From the NCBI GenBank assembly GCA_030390025.1, contig CM059431.1:145392001-145456000 (forward strand): a stretch of 64,000 bases of DNA, in the 5' to 3' direction. Numbering within the stretch: position 1 is the stretch's first letter; every line of letters starts with the position of its first letter. Shown piece after piece: positions 53,001 to 64,000 of the stretch. Source of the stretch: Squalus acanthias. Taxonomy: Eukaryota. The position numbers and the translations under genes were made by a program. A model generated the notes under the pieces. The model did no database searches. It had not been told where the DNA came from and was given only the letters and a program-made list of their open reading frames with translations.

Positions 53001-56000
53001 ATGCTGGATGTATTGGAGAGTGTGAAGGGCTGTGTCATGATGCTGGATGTATTGGAGAGTGTGAAGGGCTGTGTCATGATGCTGGATGTATTGGAGAGTG
53101 TGAAGGGCTGTGTCATGATGCTGGATGTATTGGAGAGTGTGAAGGGCTGTGTCATGATGCTGGATGTATTGGAGAGTGTGAAGGGCTGTGTCATGATGCT
53201 GGATGTATTGGAGAGTGTGAAGGGCTGTGTCATGATGCTGGATGTATTGGAGAGTGTGAAGGGCTGTGTCATGATGCTGGATGTATTGGAGAGTGTGAAG
53301 GGCTGTGTCATGATGCTGGATGTATTGGAGAGTGTGAAGGGCTGTGTCATGATGCTGGATGTATTGGAGAGTGTGAAGGGCTGTGTCATGATGCTGGATG
53401 TATTGGAGAGTGTGAAGGGCTGTGTCATGATGCTGGATGTATTGGAGAGTGTGAAGGGCTGTGTCATGATGCTGGATGTATTGGAGAGTGTGAAGGGCTG
53501 TGTCATGATGCTGGATGTATTGGAGAGTGTGAAGGGCTGTGTCATGATGCTGGATGTATTGGAGAGTGTGAAGGGCTGTGTCATGATGCTGGATGTATTG
53601 GAGAGTGTGAAGGGCTGTGTCATGATGCTGGATGTATTGGAGAGTGTGAAGGGCTGTGTCATGATGCTGGATGTATTGGAGAGTGTGAAGGGCTGTGTCA
53701 TGATGCTGGATGTATTGGAGAGTGTGAAGGGCTGTGTCATGATGCTGGATGTATTGGAGAGTGTGAAGGGCTGTGTCATGATGCTGGATGTATTGGAGAG
53801 TGTGAAGGGCTGTGTCATGATGCTGGATGTATTGGAGAGTGTGAAGGGCTGTGTCATGATGCTGGATGTATTGGAGAGTGTGAAGGGCTGTGTCATGATG
53901 CTGGATGTATTGGAGAGTGTGAAGGGCTGTGTCATGATGCTGGATGTATTGGAGAGTGTGAAGGGCTGTGTCATGATGCTGGATGTATTGGAGAGTGTGA
54001 AGGGCTGTGTCATGATGCTGGATGTATTGGAGAGTGTGAAGGGCTGTGTCATGATGCTGGATGTATTGGAGAGTGTGAAGGGCTGTGTCATGATGCTGGA
54101 TGTATTGGAGAGTGTGAAGGGCTGTGTCATGATGCTGGATGTATTGGAGAGTGTGAAGGGCTGTGTCATGATGCTGGATGTATTGGAGAGTGTGAAGGGC
54201 TGTGTCATGATGCTGGATGTATTGGAGAGTGTGAAGGGCTGTGTCATGATGCTGGATGTATTGGAGAGTGTGAAGGGCTGTGTCATGATGCTGGATGTAT
54301 TGGAGAGTGTGAAGGGCTGTGTCATGATGCTGGATGTATTGGAGAGTGTGAAGGGCTGTGTCATGATGCTGGATGTATTGGAGAGTGTGAAGGGCTGTGT
54401 CATGATGCTGGATGTATTGGAGAGTGTGAAGGGCTGTGTCATGATGCTGGATGTATTGGAGAGTGTGAAGGGCTGTGTCATGATGCTGGATGTATTGGAG
54501 AGTGTGAAGGGCTGTGTCATGATGCTGGATGTATTGGAGAGTGTGAAGGGCTGTGTCATGATGCTGGATGTATTGGAGAGTGTGAAGGGCTGTGTCATGA
54601 TGCTGGATGTATTGGAGAGTGTGAAGGGCTGTGTCATGATGCTGGATGTATTGGAGAGTGTGAAGGGCTGTGTCATGATGCTGGATGTATTGGAGAGTGT
54701 GAAGGGCTGTGTCATGATGCTGGATGTATTGGAGAGTGTGAAGGGCTGTGTCATGATGCTGGATGTATTGGAGAGTGTGAAGGGCTGTGTCATGATGCTG
54801 GATGTATTGGAGAGTGTGAAGGGCTGTGTCATGATGCTGGATGTATTGGAGAGTGTGAAGGGCTGTGTCATGATGCTGGATGTATTGGAGAGTGTGAAGG
54901 GCTGTGTCATGATGCTGGATGTATTGGAGAGTGTGAAGGGCTGTGTCATGATGCTGGATGTATTGGAGAGTGTGAAGGGCTGTGTCATGATGCTGGATGT
55001 ATTGGAGAGTGTGAAGGGCTGTGTCATGATGCTGGATGTATTGGAGAGTGTGAAGGGCTGTGTCATGATGCTGGATGTATTGGAGAGTGTGAAGGGCTGT
55101 GTCATGATGCTGGATGTATTGGAGAGTGTGAAGGGCTGTGTCATGATGCTGGATGTATTGGAGAGTGTGAAGGGCTGTGTCATGATGCTGGATGTATTGG
55201 AGAGTGTGAAGGGCTGTGTCATGATGCTGGATGTATTGGAGAGTGTGAAGGGCTGTGTCATGATGCTGGATGTATTGGAGAGTGTGAAGGGCTGTGTCAT
55301 GATGCTGGATGTATTGGAGAGTGTGAAGGGCTGTGTCATGATGCTGGATGTATTGGAGAGTGTGAAGGGCTGTGTCATGATGCTGGATGTATTGGAGAGT
55401 GTGAAGGGCTGTGTCATGATGCTGGATGTATTGGAGAGTGTGAAGGGCTGTGTCATGATGCTGGATGTATTGGAGAGTGTGAAGGGCTGTGTCATGATGC
55501 TGGATGTATTGGAGAGTGTGAAGGGCTGTGTCATGATGCTGGATGTATTGGAGAGTGTGAAGGGCTGTGTCATGATGCTGGATGTATTGGAGAGTGTGAA
55601 GGGCTGTGTCATGATGCTGGATGTATTGGAGAGTGTGAAGGGCTGTGTCATGATGCTGGATGTATTGGAGAGTGTGAAGGGCTGTGTCATGATGCTGGAT
55701 GTATTGGAGAGTGTGAAGGGCTGTGTCATGATGCTGGATGTATTGGAGAGTGTGAAGGGCTGTGTCATGATGCTGGATGTATTGGAGAGTGTGAAGGGCT
55801 GTGTCATGATGCTGGATGTATTGGAGAGTGTGAAGGGCTGTGTCATGATGCTGGATGTATTGGAGAGTGTGAAGGGCTGTGTCATGATGCTGGATGTATT
55901 GGAGAGTGTGAAGGGCTGTGTCATGATGCTGGATGTATTGGAGAGTGTGAAGGGCTGTGTCATGATGCTGGATGTATTGGAGAGTGTGAAGGGCTGTGTC

Positions 56001-59000
56001 ATGATGCTGGATGTATTGGAGAGTGTGAAGGGCTGTGTCATGATGCTGGATGTATTGGAGAGTGTGAAGGGCTGTGTCATGATGCTGGATGTATTGGAGA
56101 GTGTGAAGGGCTGTGTCATGATGCTGGATGTATTGGAGAGTGTGAAGGGCTGTGTCATGATGCTGGATGTATTGGAGAGTGTGAAGGGCTGTGTCATGAT
56201 GCTGGATGTATTGGAGAGTGTGAAGGGCTGTGTCATGATGCTGGATGTATTGGAGAGTGTGAAGGGCTGTGTCATGATGCTGGATGTATTGGAGAGTGTG
56301 AAGGGCTGTGTCATGATGCTGGATGTATTGGAGAGTGTGAAGGGCTGTGTCATGATGCTGGATGTATTGGAGAGTGTGAAGGGCTGTGTCATGATGCTGG
56401 ATGTATTGGAGAGTGTGAAGGGCTGTGTCATGATGCTGGATGTATTGGAGAGTGTGAAGGGCTGTGTCATGATGCTGGATGTATTGGAGAGTGTGAAGGG
56501 CTGTGTCATGATGCTGGATGTATTGGAGAGTGTGAAGGGCTGTGTCATGATGCTGGATGTATTGGAGAGTGTGAAGGGCTGTGTCATGATGCTGGATGTA
56601 TTGGAGAGTGTGAAGGGCTGTGTCATGATGCTGGATGTATTGGAGAGTGTGAAGGGCTGTGTCATGATGCTGGATGTATTGGAGAGTGTGAAGGGCTGTG
56701 TCATGATGCTGGATGTATTGGAGAGTGTGAAGGGCTGTGTCATGATGCTGGATGTATTGGAGAGTGTGAAGGGCTGTGTCATGATGCTGGATGTATTGGA
56801 GAGTGTGAAGGGCTGTGTCATGATGCTGGATGTATTGGAGAGTGTGAAGGGCTGTGTCATGATGCTGGATGTATTGGAGAGTGTGAAGGGCTGTGTCATG
56901 ATGCTGGATGTATTGGAGAGTGTGAAGGGCTGTGTCATGATGCTGGATGTATTGGAGAGTGTGAAGGGCTGTGTCATGATGCTGGATGTATTGGAGAGTG
57001 TGAAGGGCTGTGTCATGATGCTGGATGTATTGGAGAGTGTGAAGGGCTGTGTCATGATGCTGGATGTATTGGAGAGTGTGAAGGGCTGTGTCATGATGCT
57101 GGATGTATTGGAGAGTGTGAAGGGCTGTGTCATGATGCTGGATGTATTGGAGAGTGTGAAGGGCTGTGTCATGATGCTGGATGTATTGGAGAGTGTGAAG
57201 GGCTGTGTCATGATGCTGGATGTATTGGAGAGTGTGAAGGGCTGTGTCATGATGCTGGATGTATTGGAGAGTGTGAAGGGCTGTGTCATGATGCTGGATG
57301 TATTGGAGAGTGTGAAGGGCTGTGTCATGATGCTGGATGTATTGGAGAGTGTGAAGGGCTGTGTCATGATGCTGGATGTATTGGAGAGTGTGAAGGGCTG
57401 TGTCATGATGCTGGATGTATTGGAGAGTGTGAAGGGCTGTGTCATGATGCTGGATGTATTGGAGAGTGTGAAGGGCTGTGTCATGATGCTGGATGTATTG
57501 GAGAGTGTGAAGGGCTGTGTCATGATGCTGGATGTATTGGAGAGTGTGAAGGGCTGTGTCATGATGCTGGATGTATTGGAGAGTGTGAAGGGCTGTGTCA
57601 TGATGCTGGATGTATTGGAGAGTGTGAAGGGCTGTGTCATGATGCTGGATGTATTGGAGAGTGTGAAGGGCTGTGTCATGATGCTGGATGTATTGGAGAG
57701 TGTGAAGGGCTGTGTCATGATGCTGGATGTATTGGAGAGTGTGAAGGGCTGTGTCATGATGCTGGATGTATTGGAGAGTGTGAAGGGCTGTGTCATGATG
57801 CTGGATGTATTGGAGAGTGTGAAGGGCTGTGTCATGATGCTGGATGTATTGGAGAGTGTGAAGGGCTGTGTCATGATGCTGGATGTATTGGAGAGTGTGA
57901 AGGGCTGTGTCATGATGCTGGATGTATTGGAGAGTGTGAAGGGCTGTGTCATGATGCTGGATGTATTGGAGAGTGTGAAGGGCTGTGTCATGATGCTGGA
58001 TGTATTGGAGAGTGTGAAGGGCTGTGTCATGATGCTGGATGTATTGGAGAGTGTGAAGGGCTGTGTCATGATGCTGGATGTATTGGAGAGTGTGAAGGGC
58101 TGTGTCATGATGCTGGATGTATTGGAGAGTGTGAAGGGCTGTGTCATGATGCTGGATGTATTGGAGAGTGTGAAGGGCTGTGTCATGATGCTGGATGTAT
58201 TGGAGAGTGTGAAGGGCTGTGTCATGATGCTGGATGTATTGGAGAGTGTGAAGGGCTGTGTCATGATGCTGGATGTATTGGAGAGTGTGAAGGGCTGTGT
58301 CATGATGCTGGATGTATTGGAGAGTGTGAAGGGCTGTGTCATGATGCTGGATGTATTGGAGAGTGTGAAGGGCTGTGTCATGATGCTGGATGTATTGGAG
58401 AGTGTGAAGGGCTGTGTCATGATGCTGGATGTATTGGAGAGTGTGAAGGGCTGTGTCATGATGCTGGATGTATTGGAGAGTGTGAAGGGCTGTGTCATGA
58501 TGCTGGATGTATTGGAGAGTGTGAAGGGCTGTGTCATGATGCTGGATGTATTGGAGAGTGTGAAGGGCTGTGTCATGATGCTGGATGTATTGGAGAGTGT
58601 GAAGGGCTGTGTCATGATGCTGGATGTATTGGAGAGTGTGAAGGGCTGTGTCATGATGCTGGATGTATTGGAGAGTGTGAAGGGCTGTGTCATGATGCTG
58701 GATGTATTGGAGAGTGTGAAGGGCTGTGTCATGATGCTGGATGTATTGGAGAGTGTGAAGGGCTGTGTCATGATGCTGGATGTATTGGAGAGTGTGAAGG
58801 GCTGTGTCATGATGCTGGATGTATTGGAGAGTGTGAAGGGCTGTGTCATGATGCTGGATGTATTGGAGAGTGTGAAGGGCTGTGTCATGATGCTGGATGT
58901 ATTGGAGAGTGTGAAGGGCTGTGTCATGATGCTGGATGTATTGGAGAGTGTGAAGGGCTGTGTCATGATGCTGGATGTATTGGAGAGTGTGAAGGGCTGT

Positions 59001-62000
59001 GTCATGATGCTGGATGTATTGGAGAGTGTGAAGGGCTGTGTCATGATGCTGGATGTATTGGAGAGTGTGAAGGGCTGTGTCATGATGCTGGATGTATTGG
59101 AGAGTGTGAAGGGCTGTGTCATGATGCTGGATGTATTGGAGAGTGTGAAGGGCTGTGTCATGATGCTGGATGTATTGGAGAGTGTGAAGGGCTGTGTCAT
59201 GATGCTGGATGTATTGGAGAGTGTGAAGGGCTGTGTCATGATGCTGGATGTATTGGAGAGTGTGAAGGGCTGTGTCATGATGCTGGATGTATTGGAGAGT
59301 GTGAAGGGCTGTGTCATGATGCTGGATGTATTGGAGAGTGTGAAGGGCTGTGTCATGATGCTGGATGTATTGGAGAGTGTGAAGGGCTGTGTCATGATGC
59401 TGGATGTATTGGAGAGTGTGAAGGGCTGTGTCATGATGCTGGATGTATTGGAGAGTGTGAAGGGCTGTGTCATGATGCTGGATGTATTGGAGAGTGTGAA
59501 GGGCTGTGTCATGATGCTGGATGTATTGGAGAGTGTGAAGGGCTGTGTCATGATGCTGGATGTATTGGAGAGTGTGAAGGGCTGTGTCATGATGCTGGAT
59601 GTATTGGAGAGTGTGAAGGGCTGTGTCATGATGCTGGATGTATTGGAGAGTGTGAAGGGCTGTGTCATGATGCTGGATGTATTGGAGAGTGTGAAGGGCT
59701 GTGTCATGATGCTGGATGTATTGGAGAGTGTGAAGGGCTGTGTCATGATGCTGGATGTATTGGAGAGTGTGAAGGGCTGTGTCATGATGCTGGATGTATT
59801 GGAGAGTGTGAAGGGCTGTGTCATGATGCTGGATGTATTGGAGAGTGTGAAGGGCTGTGTCATGATGCTGGATGTATTGGAGAGTGTGAAGGGCTGTGTC
59901 ATGATGCTGGATGTATTGGAGAGTGTGAAGGGCTGTGTCATGATGCTGGATGTATTGGAGAGTGTGAAGGGCTGTGTCATGATGCTGGATGTATTGGAGA
60001 GTGTGAAGGGCTGTGTCATGATGCTGGATGTATTGGAGAGTGTGAAGGGCTGTGTCATGATGCTGGATGTATTGGAGAGTGTGAAGGGCTGTGTCATGAT
60101 GCTGGATGTATTGGAGAGTGTGAAGGGCTGTGTCATGATGCTGGATGTATTGGAGAGTGTGAAGGGCTGTGTCATGATGCTGGATGTATTGGAGAGTGTG
60201 AAGGGCTGTGTCATGATGCTGGATGTATTGGAGAGTGTGAAGGGCTGTGTCATGATGCTGGATGTATTGGAGAGTGTGAAGGGCTGTGTCATGATGCTGG
60301 ATGTATTGGAGAGTGTGAAGGGCTGTGTCATGATGCTGGATGTATTGGAGAGTGTGAAGGGCTGTGTCATGATGCTGGATGTATTGGAGAGTGTGAAGGG
60401 CTGTGTCATGATGCTGGATGTATTGGAGAGTGTGAAGGGCTGTGTCATGATGCTGGATGTATTGGAGAGTGTGAAGGGCTGTGTCATGATGCTGGATGTA
60501 TTGGAGAGTGTGAAGGGCTGTGTCATGATGCTGGATGTATTGGAGAGTGTGAAGGGCTGTGTCATGATGCTGGATGTATTGGAGAGTGTGAAGGGCTGTG
60601 TCATGATGCTGGATGTATTGGAGAGTGTGAAGGGCTGTGTCATGATGCTGGATGTATTGGAGAGTGTGAAGGGCTGTGTCATGATGCTGGATGTATTGGA
60701 GAGTGTGAAGGGCTGTGTCATGATGCTGGATGTATTGGAGAGTGTGAAGGGCTGTGTCATGATGCTGGATGTATTGGAGAGTGTGAAGGGCTGTGTCATG
60801 ATGCTGGATGTATTGGAGAGTGTGAAGGGCTGTGTCATGATGCTGGATGTATTGGAGAGTGTGAAGGGCTGTGTCATGATGCTGGATGTATTGGAGAGTG
60901 TGAAGGGCTGTGTCATGATGCTGGATGTATTGGAGAGTGTGAAGGGCTGTGTCATGATGCTGGATGTATTGGAGAGTGTGAAGGGCTGTGTCATGATGCT
61001 GGATGTATTGGAGAGTGTGAAGGGCTGTGTCATGATGCTGGATGTATTGGAGAGTGTGAAGGGCTGTGTCATGATGCTGGATGTATTGGAGAGTGTGAAG
61101 GGCTGTGTCATGATGCTGGATGTATTGGAGAGTGTGAAGGGCTGTGTCATGATGCTGGATGTATTGGAGAGTGTGAAGGGCTGTGTCATGATGCTGGATG
61201 TATTGGAGAGTGTGAAGGGCTGTGTCATGATGCTGGATGTATTGGAGAGTGTGAAGGGCTGTGTCATGATGCTGGATGTATTGGAGAGTGTGAAGGGCTG
61301 TGTCATGATGCTGGATGTATTGGAGAGTGTGAAGGGCTGTGTCATGATGCTGGATGTATTGGAGAGTGTGAAGGGCTGTGTCATGATGCTGGATGTATTG
61401 GAGAGTGTGAAGGGCTGTGTCATGATGCTGGATGTATTGGAGAGTGTGAAGGGCTGTGTCATGATGCTGGATGTATTGGAGAGTGTGAAGGGCTGTGTCA
61501 TGATGCTGGATGTATTGGAGAGTGTGAAGGGCTGTGTCATGATGCTGGATGTATTGGAGAGTGTGAAGGGCTGTGTCATGATGCTGGATGTATTGGAGAG
61601 TGTGAAGGGCTGTGTCATGATGCTGGATGTATTGGAGAGTGTGAAGGGCTGTGTCATGATGCTGGATGTATTGGAGAGTGTGAAGGGCTGTGTCATGATG
61701 CTGGATGTATTGGAGAGTGTGAAGGGCTGTGTCATGATGCTGGATGTATTGGAGAGTGTGAAGGGCTGTGTCATGATGCTGGATGTATTGGAGAGTGTGA
61801 AGGGCTGTGTCATGATGCTGGATGTATTGGAGAGTGTGAAGGGCTGTGTCATGATGCTGGATGTATTGGAGAGTGTGAAGGGCTGTGTCATGATGCTGGA
61901 TGTATTGGAGAGTGTGAAGGGCTGTGTCATGATGCTGGATGTATTGGAGAGTGTGAAGGGCTGTGTCATGATGCTGGATGTATTGGAGAGTGTGAAGGGC

Positions 62001-64000
62001 TGTGTCATGATGCTGGATGTATTGGAGAGTGTGAAGGGCTGTGTCATGATGCTGGATGTATTGGAGAGTGTGAAGGGCTGTGTCATGATGCTGGATGTAT
62101 TGGAGAGTGTGAAGGGCTGTGTCATGATGCTGGATGTATTGGAGAGTGTGAAGGGCTGTGTCATGATGCTGGATGTATTGGAGAGTGTGAAGGGCTGTGT
62201 CATGATGCTGGATGTATTGGAGAGTGTGAAGGGCTGTGTCATGATGCTGGATGTATTGGAGAGTGTGAAGGGCTGTGTCATGATGCTGGATGTATTGGAG
62301 AGTGTGAAGGGCTGTGTCATGATGCTGGATGTATTGGAGAGTGTGAAGGGCTGTGTCATGATGCTGGATGTATTGGAGAGTGTGAAGGGCTGTGTCATGA
62401 TGCTGGATGTATTGGAGAGTGTGAAGGGCTGTGTCATGATGCTGGATGTATTGGAGAGTGTGAAGGGCTGTGTCATGATGCTGGATGTATTGGAGAGTGT
62501 GAAGGGCTGTGTCATGATGCTGGATGTATTGGAGAGTGTGAAGGGCTGTGTCATGATGCTGGATGTATTGGAGAGTGTGAAGGGCTGTGTCATGATGCTG
62601 GATGTATTGGAGAGTGTGAAGGGCTGTGTCATGATGCTGGATGTATTGGAGAGTGTGAAGGGCTGTGTCATGATGCTGGATGTATTGGAGAGTGTGAAGG
62701 GCTGTGTCATGATGCTGGATGTATTGGAGAGTGTGAAGGGCTGTGTCATGATGCTGGATGTATTGGAGAGTGTGAAGGGCTGTGTCATGATGCTGGATGT
62801 ATTGGAGAGTGTGAAGGGCTGTGTCATGATGCTGGATGTATTGGAGAGTGTGAAGGGCTGTGTCATGATGCTGGATGTATTGGAGAGTGTGAAGGGCTGT
62901 GTCATGATGCTGGATGTATTGGAGAGTGTGAAGGGCTGTGTCATGATGCTGGATGTATTGGAGAGTGTGAAGGGCTGTGTCATGATGCTGGATGTATTGG
63001 AGAGTGTGAAGGGCTGTGTCATGATGCTGGATGTATTGGAGAGTGTGAAGGGCTGTGTCATGATGCTGGATGTATTGGAGAGTGTGAAGGGCTGTGTCAT
63101 GATGCTGGATGTATTGGAGAGTGTGAAGGGCTGTGTCATGATGCTGGATGTATTGGAGAGTGTGAAGGGCTGTGTCATGATGCTGGATGTATTGGAGAGT
63201 GTGAAGGGCTGTGTCATGATGCTGGATGTATTGGAGAGTGTGAAGGGCTGTGTCATGATGCTGGATGTATTGGAGAGTGTGAAGGGCTGTGTCATGATGC
63301 TGGATGTATTGGAGAGTGTGAAGGGCTGTGTCATGATGCTGGATGTATTGGAGAGTGTGAAGGGCTGTGTCATGATGCTGGATGTATTGGAGAGTGTGAA
63401 GGGCTGTGTCATGATGCTGGATGTATTGGAGAGTGTGAAGGGCTGTGTCATGATGCTGGATGTATTGGAGAGTGTGAAGGGCTGTGTCATGATGCTGGAT
63501 GTATTGGAGAGTGTGAAGGGCTGTGTCATGATGCTGGATGTATTGGAGAGTGTGAAGGGCTGTGTCATGATGCTGGATGTATTGGAGAGTGTGAAGGGCT
63601 GTGTCATGATGCTGGATGTATTGGAGAGTGTGAAGGGCTGTGTCATGATGCTGGATGTATTGGAGAGTGTGAAGGGCTGTGTCATGATGCTGGATGTATT
63701 GGAGAGTGTGAAGGGCTGTGTCATGATGCTGGATGTATTGGAGAGTGTGAAGGGCTGTGTCATGATGCTGGATGTATTGGAGAGTGTGAAGGGCTGTGTC
63801 ATGATGCTGGATGTATTGGAGAGTGTGAAGGGCTGTGTCATGATGCTGGATGTATTGGAGAGTGTGAAGGGCTGTGTCATGATGCTGGATGTATTGGAGA
63901 GTGTGAAGGGCTGTGTCATGATGCTGGATGTATTGGAGAGTGTGAAGGGCTGTGTCATGATGCTGGATGTATTGGAGAGTGTGAAGGGCTGTGTCATGAT
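20009..64000. repeat. 39-bp satellite array, >=44 kb, ~1,130 copies, running off the window
   Basis: Unit CATGATGCTGGATGTATTGGAGAGTGTGAAGGGCTGTGT. Diverged over 20.0-30.4 kb, near-homogeneous over 30.4-35.35 kb, then apparently perfect apart from 40896-41232. Confidence 0.99.

Noticed and set aside
20003..63997. Giant ORFs (up to 7692 aa) as mucin or Cys-rich protein genes
   Set aside because: They follow automatically from a stop-free 39-bp unit and are open on both strands at once. They lack unique domains and are broken by 1-bp indels (~23498, 24040, 25918, 26381, 28190, 33590, 40896).
8589..64000. CRISPR array interpretation of either tandem repeat
   Set aside because: Units are head-to-tail with no unique spacers, there are no cas genes, and the context is vertebrate.

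Overview
Eukaryotic, repeat-dense vertebrate DNA. The CR1/L2 LINEs, tRNA-derived SINEs and RI-type LRR exons suggest a cartilaginous fish (shark); this is inferred, not shown. The first 20 kb is a nest of decayed retroelements: several CR1-clade fragments, an L2, a solo LTR inserted in a CR1, an LTR-element integrase remnant and SINEs. It also holds three tRNA pseudogenes (Trp, Leu, Lys) and a ~4 kb 55-bp minisatellite. Five in-frame minus-strand exons (16662-14742) encode the C-terminal LRR region of an NLR (NACHT-LRR) immune receptor; no NACHT exon is visible in the window. From 20009 to the end, 44 kb is one 39-bp satellite (CATGATGCTGGATGTATTGGAGAGTGTGAAGGGCTGTGT, ~1,130 copies). It grades from a diverged edge with higher-order blocks into an apparently perfect core. 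The giant ORFs in the track come from the 13-codon unit and are not credible genes. I found no convincing new enzymatic system. The most notable points are the satellite sitting 5' of (possibly inside) an intact NLR tail, its homogenisation gradient, and a CR1 insertion that cut off the satellite's edge monomer.
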